DNA from: Candidatus Bathyarchaeia archaeon
GTDB taxonomy: Archaea; Thermoproteota; Bathyarchaeia; Bathyarchaeales; Bathycorpusculaceae
Length of the DNA: 64,000 nucleotides
Direction of reading: 5' to 3'
Assembly (NCBI GenBank): GCA_049970895.1
Contig: JBMFMB010000002.1
Location: 1-64,000, forward strand
Shown here: positions 20,115 to 29,014 of the stretch, one piece after another
Layout: each line of letters starts with the position of its first letter
Numbering within the stretch: the stretch's first letter is position 1
Notes under the pieces: model-generated
Seen by the model: only the letters and a program-made list of their open reading frames with translations
What the model was told of the DNA's origin: nothing
Database searches by the model: none
Translations under genes and position numbers: made by a program

Positions 20115-21461
20115 TTAGCGGAGTTTCATCAGAACCATTTCAGCAGCTAAAACAAGGGGCTCCCAAGTCTCGTTTAGGGGCGGTGCGTAAGCCGTATCCG
20201 CCTTAGCCAATTCTCGTACAGTCATTTGCTTTTGTATGGCGAATGAGACAGCATTTATGCGTTGGGTTACCTCTTCCCCGCCTATAATTTGGGCTCCGAT
20301 AATGCGCTGAGACTCCTTCTCCGCGATAAGCTTAACTTTTATTGGTAAGGCGCCAGGGTAATAGTCTGCCTTTGTCTTTGAGGTTATGGTTCCTACGACC
20401 GTTTCTATTCCAGCCCTTTTTGCCGCTGTCTCGGTCAAGCCTGTCGCTCCTATTTGCATATCGTATAGTTGGGTTACCGACGAGCCTATTACGCCTGGAA
20501 ATAGTGCGTAGCCTCCCGCCGCATTTATTCCCGCCACTTTTCCTTGTCTTACAGCCACTGTTCCAAGCTGTTGGACGACTGGTTTTTGTGTGACAATGTG
20601 GATGGATTCTGCACAGTCGCCAACAGCGTAAACGTCTTTAACATTGGTTTCCATCCTTGCATTTGTCTTAATGAGTCTAGTTTCGCCTATTGCTATTCCG
20701 GCATCTACAGCAAGTTGTGTATTTGCCCTAACACCGAAGGCGCTGACAAAGAGGTCTGCGCTTATTTGTTCGCCTCCAGCCACTATGCCTGTCACTTTTT
20801 CTGTTCCGAGAAATTCTTCAACTGGTTTGTTGGTCATGATTCTTATGCCCTTCTTCTCCAGCTCTTCTTGGACGGTTTTGGCCATGTCTGCGTCAAGCAT
20901 GGCTGGCAAAACTTGGGGTAGCATTTCCACAACTGTCACTTTTAAGCCCCTTTCTTGTAGGGCTACGGCTGTTTCCAAGCCTATGAGTCCAGCACCCATT
21001 ACAACGGCTGTTTTTGCGCCTTCCTTTATTGATTGGTCTATTCGTTGTCCATCCTCAATTGTTCTTAGGGGCAAGATGCCTTGCTTTTCCCTTCCTTTTA
21101 TTGGTGGTGTGAAAGCGCTGGCACCTGCGGCCATTATTAGGCTGTCGTAGGGGATTTCCTCCGTTTTTCCAGCCTTATCCACTGTTATGACTGCCTTTTT
21201 GCTGGTGTCTATTTTTGTCACTTTTGTTTCCGTTTTTAGGTTCAGTTTCATCATTTGGAAGTAGCTTGGCGGGAAGACTATGAGGTTGCTGAAGCTTGTT
21301 ATTTGTCCGCCTATAACGAAGGGTAAGCCGCATCTGGAGTAGCCGGCATACTTCTCGTCAGTTATTAGGGTTATTTCGGCTGTTCGGTCTGTTTTTCTAG
21401 CGGCTGAGGCTGCATCTACCCCGGCGGCATGCGCCCCAATTATTACTATGCGTCTCGGCAA
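20115..21461 (-). CDS. CoA-disulfide reductase / NADH oxidase family flavoprotein
   Basis: Single redox Cys in YSRCGLP, GAGLIGLE, VYAVGDC, C-terminal AYAPP dimerisation motif. Confidence 0.85.
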   Translation of the reverse strand: MPRRIVIIGAHAAGVDAASAARKTDRTAEITLITDEKYAGYSRCGLPFVIGGQITSFSNLIVFPPSYFQMMKLNLKTETKVTKIDTSKKAVITVDKAGKTEEIPYDSLIMAAGASAFTPPIKGREKQGILPLRTIEDGQRIDQSIKEGAKTAVVMGAGLIGLETAVALQERGLKVTVVEMLPQVLPAMLDADMAKTVQEELEKKGIRIMTNKPVEEFLGTEKVTGIVAGGEQISADLFVSAFGVRANTQLAVDAGIAIGETRLIKTNARMETNVKDVYAVGDCAESIHIVTQKPVVQQLGTVAVRQGKVAGINAAGGYALFPGVIGSSVTQLYDMQIGATGLTETAAKRAGIETVVGTITSKTKADYYPGALPIKVKLIAEKESQRIIGAQIIGGEEVTQRINAVSFAIQKQMTVRELAKADTAYAPPLNETWEPLVLAAEMVLMKLR

Positions 21462-21464
21462 GGG

Positions 21465-21884
21465 CTACTTCCCTTCTTTAATTAGGCTTTTGTGCCACTC
21501 AACAGCCGCGTTAAAGTCCATTAGGTTTTTCAGTTCCGCCTGCAGGTTTGAGGGCTTTATAACGAGAAGCCAGCCCTTTCCATATGGGTCTTCATTTAGG
21601 AGTTCTGGTTTTGACTGGACTTCTGTGTTTACCTCTTCTATTGTTCCGCTTACTGGCGCCACAAGGTCTGATACGGCTTTTACTGATTCAACTGTGCCGT
21701 ATGGCTCGTTCTGTTTTGTTGTGGTTCCCGGGCTTGGCAATTCCGCGTAAACAATTTCTCTTAGCTGTTTTTGGGCGTAGTCTGTTATGCCTACGCGGAC
21801 TTTGTCTCCCTCAATTTTGAGCCATTCAAAATCCTTTGAATAATATAGTCCTTCTGGAACCTCGTATCCGTCAACTTTAACCAC
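21465..21884 (-). CDS. gcvH: Glycine cleavage H protein (lipoyl carrier)
   Basis: VGITDYAQ, VESVKAVSD (lipoyl Lys), APVSG, NEDPYGKGWL. Confidence 0.95.
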   Translation of the reverse strand: MVKVDGYEVPEGLYYSKDFEWLKIEGDKVRVGITDYAQKQLREIVYAELPSPGTTTKQNEPYGTVESVKAVSDLVAPVSGTIEEVNTEVQSKPELLNEDPYGKGWLLVIKPSNLQAELKNLMDFNAAVEWHKSLIKEGK

Positions 21885-21994
21885 TTCATTCCACCTCGCA
21901 TGTAGTTGTTAATCTCCTATTTTCAAGCCTTTAAAATTAACTGTTCAACCATGTGAGAGGTCATGTTTGAGGTTGGAGAAAAGCGGCAAATACG

Positions 21995-22138
21995 CTACCC
22001 CCTCTTGGTTTTTCAACAATTTTTGGTTGCCGAGAAAGGCCTAAATTGACTACCCCCTTCTAGATTTTTGAAGTCTTCCATCTTGAATTTAGCTGCGTTT
22101 TTAACTTTATTTTCGCCTCCCCCTTCCTCTAGTTTTTC
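21995..22138 (+). repeat. Three imperfect direct repeats CT(A)CCCCCT..T(A/G)G..TTTTT in the gcvH/purF divergent intergenic region
   Basis: CTACCCCCTCTTGGTTTTTC (21995), CTACCCCCTTCTAGATTTTTG (22050), CTCCCCCTTCCTCTAGTTTTTC (22117). Confidence 0.55.
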
Positions 22139-22235
22139 GCTCGCTTACGAAGTTTCATGCGCTTTTTGGTTTTCAATGCTTTTGATTTAAACTTGTTCTA
22201 AAAGTTGATAAAGAGGCTTTAATTTATCCCCGACC

Positions 22236-23741
22236 ATGGGAGAGCAGCTAAAAATAGCATGCGGGGTCTTCGGTGCAATAAATTTTGAAAGGCAGCCCAT
22301 TTTCCCATATGTTTATTGGGGTTTGAGGGCTCAGAATCATAGGGGACATCAGTCCCACGGCTTTCTTACATATGCTGATGGAAAATTCTATGTGCATAGA
22401 AGCCTAGACCTTGTGCCTAAAATAAAGACAAGCGCCCTCGAGGAGTGGTTTGGGCGTTTGCCAGGGCACATTGGGATAGGAAATGTTAGATACACAACTT
22501 CTGGGAAGACGGATGAAACGTCTCTTATAAGGGGCACCCAGCCTGTCACTGCTTCCAAAAACGGTTTAAGGTTGGCTATATCCTTTAACGGCAATGTCGT
22601 CAACACTTTTAAGCTTAAAAAGGTAATCTCCAAAGAGTTTCCAAACTTCTCTTATGAGTGCGACGCCGACCTCATCTGCCACAAACTCCTAATAGAGCTA
22701 GACAAGAGCAAAGATTTGGCTTCTGCCGTGAAATTGTGCATGCAGGAAGTTGAGGGTGCCTTTTCCGTTGCTGGAATAACTGGCGACGGCAAGTTTTTCG
22801 CTTTTAAAGACCCTTATGGTATAAGGCCTCTCTGTGCTGGTCGTGGTGATGGGGGGAAAACCTATGCTTTTTCTTCTGAGAGTGTTGGTTTGGACATAAA
22901 CGGTTTATGTCGGGTCTTTGAGGTGGAGCCCGGCGAATTCATAACGGTCTCCGAAGAGGGGTTTAGGCGTGAAAGGCTTGTAAATTCTGGGCGAAAAGCC
23001 TTTTGCGCCTTCGAGTTTGCCTATTTTGCCAGACCAGATTCCATTTTCGACAAGCGATATGTTTATGAGATTCGCGAGGAGTTTGGAAGAAACCTCGTGA
23101 GGGAGAACTCGGACATTGTTAGGGATGCAGATATAATTATTTCTATGCCGGAAACTGGCGATGACGCTGCTTTTGGGGTTCATGAAGAGTCTGGTTTGAG
23201 GTGGGAGAGGGCAACCCGTAGGCATCGCTATGTGACTGAGCGTGCCTTCATACTGCTTAACAGGGAGCGTTACGCCACCATAGACAAGAAAATTAATATT
23301 TTAGCCTCAAAAGTAAACGGTAAAAGGGTTATAGTGGTGGATGACAGCATCGTCAGAGGCGACACAACAAGGATTACTATTGAGAAGCTTCGCAGAATGG
23401 GCGCAAAGAAAGTCTACTTATTTGTGACTTTCCCCCGCATAATTGGTCCATGCTTCTATGGAATAGACATGGCAACTTATGGGCAGCTCATTGGTGCAAA
23501 GCACACACCCGAAGAGATAGCCAAAATTATAGGGGCGGATGCCGTCTGCTACCAGTCGATAGATGGACTTGTGAGGGCCACTGGCTTCAGAAGGGAAGAG
23601 TTATGCCTAGGCTGTTTAACTGGCGAATATCCAACGCCGCTGGCGCAGAAGATTGCGGATGAGATGAAGAAGAGGTTTTTGGAAGGCTTTGAGGAGACTG
23701 GAAGGCTTTATGAGATTCCAGAGCTTGTTGGCGAGGATTAG
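22236..23741 (+). CDS. purF: Amidophosphoribosyltransferase
   Basis: Propeptide then CGVFG, HRG, RYTTSG, FNGN, GIRPL, CAFEFAYFARPDS, VVDDSIVRGDT, PCFYGID, CLGCLTG. Confidence 0.96.
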   Translation: MGEQLKIACGVFGAINFERQPIFPYVYWGLRAQNHRGHQSHGFLTYADGKFYVHRSLDLVPKIKTSALEEWFGRLPGHIGIGNVRYTTSGKTDETSLIRGTQPVTASKNGLRLAISFNGNVVNTFKLKKVISKEFPNFSYECDADLICHKLLIELDKSKDLASAVKLCMQEVEGAFSVAGITGDGKFFAFKDPYGIRPLCAGRGDGGKTYAFSSESVGLDINGLCRVFEVEPGEFITVSEEGFRRERLVNSGRKAFCAFEFAYFARPDSIFDKRYVYEIREEFGRNLVRENSDIVRDADIIISMPETGDDAAFGVHEESGLRWERATRRHRYVTERAFILLNRERYATIDKKINILASKVNGKRVIVVDDSIVRGDTTRITIEKLRRMGAKKVYLFVTFPRIIGPCFYGIDMATYGQLIGAKHTPEEIAKIIGADAVCYQSIDGLVRATGFRREELCLGCLTGEYPTPLAQKIADEMKKRFLEGFEETGRLYEIPELVGED

Positions 23742-23792
23742 TGGCAAAATAGATTAGCGTCCTCCAGCATTTAGCATTTAAGCGCCAGAAGG

Positions 23793-25217
23793 GTGTGGCA
23801 AATCTTGGTCGAAAAGGTTGGCATACTCGTAGTTTCTTACGGCGCCCGCGAAGTGGCAATGGTTGACGCTTTTTTGCGAAGCACAAAATACGATGTAGAG
23901 GTTTATGTTGCTGATAAACAGCGAAACCCGTTTAACATGAAAAACGCAACGGTGCACGTTGTTATACCAGACTTGAATGTTGAGGCTATATGCAAATTCA
24001 CCGAAAAACATAAAGACCGCATAGACTTCGGCATTGTCGGTCCAGAAAAGCCCATAATTGAGGGCGTCCGCAACCTTGTCGAGAAGCGCACTGGCATACC
24101 GATGATTTGTCCAACTAAAGAGTACGCAATAGAAGCCAGCAAAGTTCAACAGCGCCTGCTGTTCCAGGAGACTGCTCCAGAGGTGAATCCCCGCTTCCGA
24201 ATCTTCCATCCAAAAGAGTTTAAAACACAGGAGGAGGCACGTAAAGCCCTTTACAAGTGGCTTGACGAGCTTGAAAATATGGCTGTTGTTAAGCCGGACA
24301 AGCCAGCAGCTGGCAAGGGTGTAGGCGTATGGGGAGACCACTTCACCACCCGCGAACAGCTCTTTGAGCATTTTTGGGAAAACCTGCGGCACGGTGCGGT
24401 TATAGTTGAAGAGAAAATTGATGGTGAAGAATCCAGCTTCCAAGCTTTCTGTGATGGAAAGCACTTGGTGCCGCTTCCAGAAACGAGGGACTATAAACGC
24501 GCCTTCGACGATGACAAGGGTCCAAACACTGGCGGTATGGGCTCCTATAAGGATTCTGGCGAAATATTACCATTCATGATAGTGGCGGACAGAGAAAATG
24601 AGCTTGAAATCGTAAACAAGATTTTTAGCAGGTGGAAAGCCCAAGACAACCAAGCCCTGAGAGGCATACCCTTCTACGTGGCTTTCATGCACACAGGCAA
24701 AGAGCCGAAAATCCTTGAGAACAACAGCCGCCCAGGCGACCCGGAAATAATTAACATTCTGCCAATTTTGAAGGATGACTTTGTTGATGTGTGCTTCAAA
24801 ATTCTTGACGGCAACTTAACCCGCATAGAAATTGAGAGGATGGCAACAGTAGTGACCTATAAGGTGCCGCCAAGTTATGGAGGCTATGCCGAGGCTTTTC
24901 CAGAACGCGTGAATAGGGCGGAAATAGGCAAGCCAGTAGATCTAACAAAAGCCTATGAACTTGGCAGAAAGTATGGCGACAGAATTCGCGTTTATCCAGC
25001 TTCTATGGAGCTCCGCGACGGCAAAACCTACGCCCTAAAGTCTAGGGCTGTTTGTGTGGTTGGCATAGGCGAGACGATTGAGGATGCCAGAAAAATCTCC
25101 TTAGAGGGCATCAAAGCCATAAATGGCGGAGCTTTGTGGCACCGGAACGACATAGCCTCAAAACAGCATATAGAAAAGAGCATACGCCACATGGAGGCGC
25201 TCAGAAAACGAGGATGA
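23793..25217 (+). CDS. purD: Phosphoribosylamine--glycine ligase (GAR synthetase)
   Basis: VGPEKP, IEASK, VVKPD..AAGKGV, DYKRAFDDDKGPNTGGMGSY, ENNSRPGDPE. Confidence 0.94.
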   Translation: MWQILVEKVGILVVSYGAREVAMVDAFLRSTKYDVEVYVADKQRNPFNMKNATVHVVIPDLNVEAICKFTEKHKDRIDFGIVGPEKPIIEGVRNLVEKRTGIPMICPTKEYAIEASKVQQRLLFQETAPEVNPRFRIFHPKEFKTQEEARKALYKWLDELENMAVVKPDKPAAGKGVGVWGDHFTTREQLFEHFWENLRHGAVIVEEKIDGEESSFQAFCDGKHLVPLPETRDYKRAFDDDKGPNTGGMGSYKDSGEILPFMIVADRENELEIVNKIFSRWKAQDNQALRGIPFYVAFMHTGKEPKILENNSRPGDPEIINILPILKDDFVDVCFKILDGNLTRIEIERMATVVTYKVPPSYGGYAEAFPERVNRAEIGKPVDLTKAYELGRKYGDRIRVYPASMELRDGKTYALKSRAVCVVGIGETIEDARKISLEGIKAINGGALWHRNDIASKQHIEKSIRHMEALRKRG

Positions 25218-26296
25218 AAAAAGTTTTCATTTCGGACTGTGAGGGACCAGTTTCCAAGAATGATAACGCCTTTGAACTAACAGCCCATTACGTGCCTAAC
25301 GGCGAGCACCTCTTCACGGTTATAAGCCGATACGACGATGTGCTCGCAGATGTTGTTAAAAAGCCCGGCTATAAGGCTGGCGACACGCTGAAGCTTATAC
25401 TGCCCTTTCTAAAGGCTTATGGCGTAACAGACCATAAAATGCAGAGTTTTTCTGCCAAGACGCTTCTGCTAATCGCTAATGTTAAGGAGAGTTTGGCTTT
25501 CATCCAGAAAGTTGCCCACGCCTTCATTGTTAGCACAAGCTACGAGCATTATGTTAGGGTGCTGTGCCAAGCTATAGACTTCCCTTTCAAGAAAGTTTAC
25601 TGCACAAGAGTGAATATTGACAAGTATTCGCTTAGCCAAAAAGAGCGGGATAGGCTTAGGGAAATTGCAGCCGAAATTGCCAAAATGCCAATAATCGAAA
25701 TTCCGAAAGGTGCAAGCTCAATCCAAGACTTTCCCAAAGAGCACCAGCAAGTCATAAGGCGGCTTGATGAAATCTTCTGGGAAGAAATAGCCAAAATGCA
25801 GATTGGAAGAGTTTTCAAAGAGGTTAATCCTGTGGGCGGACGTGAAAAAACCGAGGCGGTTATGCAAATAGCCAAAAAGCTGGACATAAGCTTTTCAGAA
25901 ATTGTTTATGTTGGCGACAGCATAACCGACGTTGAAACCTTCAAAACAGTCCGCAACGCAAATGGCTTAACAATATCTTTCAATGGCAACGAATACGCCA
26001 TAAGAGAGGCTGAAATAGCCATAATGTCTGAAAAAGCCCTTGTAATAGCATTGCTAACAGCAGTTTTCTGCAAGTTTGGCAAAGAGGGCGTAATCGAGCT
26101 GGTAAACAACTGGAGCTTTGAAAGGCTTAGGGAGCTTGACGTGGACGCGGAACTGAAAAGTAAGTTTTTTGAGGCTTATGGCGAGAAACTTCCACATGTG
26201 GAAGTTATCACGGCGGCAAATATGGAGAGGCTGGCGGAGGAGAGCAAAGCCTTTCGCAAAACAGTTCGGGGCGAAGCAATAGGGCGTTTGGGCTAG
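25214..26296 (+). CDS. HAD-superfamily hydrolase, EhaR / COG4030-like
   Basis: ISDCEGPVSKNDNAFEL (motif I variant), IVSTSY, GGREK, YVGDSITD, SFNGNEYA; ATGA overlap with the purD stop. Confidence 0.8.
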   Translation: MKKVFISDCEGPVSKNDNAFELTAHYVPNGEHLFTVISRYDDVLADVVKKPGYKAGDTLKLILPFLKAYGVTDHKMQSFSAKTLLLIANVKESLAFIQKVAHAFIVSTSYEHYVRVLCQAIDFPFKKVYCTRVNIDKYSLSQKERDRLREIAAEIAKMPIIEIPKGASSIQDFPKEHQQVIRRLDEIFWEEIAKMQIGRVFKEVNPVGGREKTEAVMQIAKKLDISFSEIVYVGDSITDVETFKTVRNANGLTISFNGNEYAIREAEIAIMSEKALVIALLTAVFCKFGKEGVIELVNNWSFERLRELDVDAELKSKFFEAYGEKLPHVEVITAANMERLAEESKAFRKTVRGEAIGRLG

Positions 26297-26369
26297 GCTT
26301 GTCAAAGGTTTAATAGCCTAAAGCACCAACCTAAAATAATCCCAACGTGAAGCGTGGAGCGGAGGTCTC

Positions 26370-27281
26370 TTGGCGAAAAAGGAGCTTGTGGAGGATACTT
26401 ACGCGGAAGCTTTCGAGGGTATCTACTGCCGAGTTGTCGTTACGGCTGATGATAAGGAAACTCTGCGGAAGGTGGCACTGCATGCAACAGCCACACCATC
26501 CATAGTCATCGGCAGAGTTGAAGGCGGAATAGAAAGGTGGCTGAGCGAAAAGGAAACACCAGACGAGCGCAAAGGTGTGATCCTCCAGTTCTGGGGTGGA
26601 ATAGACCCCAAAAAACCCTTTTCCGACTCCCTCAAAAAATTCGAAATTGAGCTCTCCTATCGTATAAGGCAGGATATCCTCGTGAAACCCTTCACGGCGG
26701 TTTTTGACGCCTTAGAGAATCCGCTGGGCAAAATTGACATGATGGAGCGTGTCGGCCACTGCGGGGACGGCTATGAGTGGGAGGAAAAACGCTACAACCG
26801 CCACGTCATAGTTGTGCCCATCATGGTTCCAGACTTCATAATAGAACGGTTTTTGGGCTATGCCCGCGGGGTTATGGGCGCGAACTTCTGGATAATGTGC
26901 AAGACAAAAGAGGCTGTTATGGAGGCTGGGGCAAAGGCTTTGGAAGCCATCCATAAAGTTGAAGGCGTAATAACGCCCTTCGACATTTGTTCCGCCGGTT
27001 CAAAACCCGAAACCCGCTATCCATGGATAGGACCGACGACAAACCACCCTTACTGTCCATCATTGAAGAGGCTGCTTGGCGAGGAGTCAAAGGTTCCAGA
27101 AGGCGTGAACTACATCCCGGAGATTGTGATAAACGGTGTTTCGCTTGAGGCTGTTAAAAGGGCTATGAAGGCTGGCATTGAGGCTGCATTAAAAGTGCGG
27201 GGTGTCGTGAAAATTTCAGCTGGAAATTATGGTGGAAAACTTGGCGATTACAAGATTCATTTGCGTGAGCTGTTCCCATGA
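26370..27281 (+). CDS. Formylmethanofuran--tetrahydromethanopterin formyltransferase-like protein (Ftr paralog, EhaS-type)
   Basis: [64 protein letters not shown]; has [17 protein letters not shown] where canonical Ftr has, from recall, ATGFxTSVIxCxxEAGI. Confidence 0.88.
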   Translation: MAKKELVEDTYAEAFEGIYCRVVVTADDKETLRKVALHATATPSIVIGRVEGGIERWLSEKETPDERKGVILQFWGGIDPKKPFSDSLKKFEIELSYRIRQDILVKPFTAVFDALENPLGKIDMMERVGHCGDGYEWEEKRYNRHVIVVPIMVPDFIIERFLGYARGVMGANFWIMCKTKEAVMEAGAKALEAIHKVEGVITPFDICSAGSKPETRYPWIGPTTNHPYCPSLKRLLGEESKVPEGVNYIPEIVINGVSLEAVKRAMKAGIEAALKVRGVVKISAGNYGGKLGDYKIHLRELFP

Positions 27282-28192
27282 AACGTTTTGACGTTATAGG
27301 TTTCGGCGCCCTAAACGTGGACAAACTCTACAAGGTTAATAAGATAGCTGGACCAGAAGGGGAAGGCTTCATAAAAGGCTTCGAAGAGGCATGCGGAGGC
27401 TCGGCAGCCAACACCATTGTGGGCTTGGCGAGGCTAGGCTGCAAAGTTGGCTTTATTGGGAAGGTTGCCAACGACCGCGAGGGCAAAATGCTGCTAGAAG
27501 ATTTCCGCAAGGAAGGCGTAAACACAAAGGGCATTATAAGGGCGAAAACTGGACGAAGCGGAATAGTCATGGGCTTCGTAGATGAAATGGGCGAAAGAGC
27601 CTTATACGTGGACCCGGGCGTAAACGACACCATAAGCTTCGAAGAAATAGATTTGGGATATGCCTGCCAAGCAAAATTCATCCACTTAACGTCCTTTGTC
27701 GGCGAAATGTCCTTCGAAACCCAGAAAAGGCTTGTGAAAAACCTCCCAGAAGACGTTAAAGTAAGCCTAGACCCGGGCGAGCTTTATGCAAGAAAGGGCA
27801 TAAAAGCCCTAAACCCAATTCTGGAGAGAACCTTTGTTTTTATGCCAAATTCTCGTGAGCTGGCACTCTTGACGGGCATGGAGGACCATGTTAAGGGTGC
27901 CGAAAAAATGTTGGGGCTTGGGGTGAAAATTGTTGCAGTCAAACTTAGCGGCAGAGGATGCTACGTCACAGATGGGAAGGAGAGCCACCACGTGGAAGCC
28001 TTCAAAGTGCACATTGTGGACACAACTGGTGCTGGAGACGCCTTTTGTGCTGGCTTCCTCTACGGCTTGTTAAACGCTAAAAGCCTAAAAGAGTGCGCAA
28101 GACTAGGCAATTTTGTTGCTTCCCGTTGCATAATGAAGATGGGTGCCCGCACTGGGCTTCCACGCCTAGAAGAATTAAAATTGCTTCTCTAA
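27278..28192 (+). CDS. PfkB / ribokinase family kinase
   Basis: [39 protein letters not shown]; ATGA overlap with the ftr-like gene. Confidence 0.92.
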   Translation: MKRFDVIGFGALNVDKLYKVNKIAGPEGEGFIKGFEEACGGSAANTIVGLARLGCKVGFIGKVANDREGKMLLEDFRKEGVNTKGIIRAKTGRSGIVMGFVDEMGERALYVDPGVNDTISFEEIDLGYACQAKFIHLTSFVGEMSFETQKRLVKNLPEDVKVSLDPGELYARKGIKALNPILERTFVFMPNSRELALLTGMEDHVKGAEKMLGLGVKIVAVKLSGRGCYVTDGKESHHVEAFKVHIVDTTGAGDAFCAGFLYGLLNAKSLKECARLGNFVASRCIMKMGARTGLPRLEELKLLL

Positions 28193-29014
28193 ATAGTCGA
28201 TTAGGTTTTCGAAGATTAGTTTTCCATCACCGTGTTGTGGCATAAGCCTCTGCCTTGTCCAGTCTGGCTGCTGCCACCAGTAGAAGGCTCTTTCTGGGTG
28301 GGGCATCAAGCCAAAAACTGTTCCTTCTGGGTTGCATATGCCAGCAATGTCGTGGAAAGAGCCGTTTGGGTTTATTGGATAACGTCCCTCAGCATATGTG
28401 CCATCACTTGTGCAGTATCTAAAAACCAGCTGGTCGTTTTCATAAAGCTTCTTCAAATACTGTTTTTCCTTTTCTTTGGCGAATAGGAATCTGCCCTCCG
28501 CGTGGGCGACCGGCATGCGCAAAACCTTTCCTTTCGGAATTTTCCTCGTAAACACGCATTTGCCGTTGTTTTCGTGCCGTATGTAGACCCAGCGGCAATT
28601 ATAGCCCGGAGGATGGTTTGTGGCTAGCGCCGCCTCTGGATAGGGGCTTATGCCATCAAATGCTGGAAGTAAGCCAGCCTCAACAAGCACTTGGAAACCA
28701 TTGCATATGCCGAGAATTGGGCGTCCCTCATCAACGAAAGCCTCCAACTCTTTGCCCATTTTTGAAAGCATCCACTTCGCCCAAATCGCGCCGGCACGCA
28801 CATAATCCCCATAGGAGAAGCCGCCTGGAAAAACCAGAGCATGGTAATCCATAAGGTTTCGCCGCTTAACCACCTCATTCACGTGGAGAATTTGAGCTTG
28901 AACGCCTAAATCCTCAAAGGCTGTCTTTGTTTCAGCGTCGCAGTTTGTTCCGCCAACACGAAGAATACAGACTTTAATTTCTTCGCGTTTCATGTTAGGC
29001 TTCGCCACTGCCAC
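28175..29014 (-). CDS. purQ: FGAM synthase glutaminase subunit
   Basis: GTNCD, PGGFSYGD, LGICNGFQ, HAEGRF, NPNGS, GLMPHPER. Confidence 0.97.
   Translation of the reverse strand: MAVAKPNMKREEIKVCILRVGGTNCDAETKTAFEDLGVQAQILHVNEVVKRRNLMDYHALVFPGGFSYGDYVRAGAIWAKWMLSKMGKELEAFVDEGRPILGICNGFQVLVEAGLLPAFDGISPYPEAALATNHPPGYNCRWVYIRHENNGKCVFTRKIPKGKVLRMPVAHAEGRFLFAKEKEKQYLKKLYENDQLVFRYCTSDGTYAEGRYPINPNGSFHDIAGICNPEGTVFGLMPHPERAFYWWQQPDWTRQRLMPQHGDGKLIFENLIDYLEKQF

Noticed and set aside
23778-24464. Long antisense ORFs (also 18425-19012, 20644-21150, 42833-43327, 44936-45415)
   Set aside because: They lie opposite well-supported genes and show no recognisable motifs.
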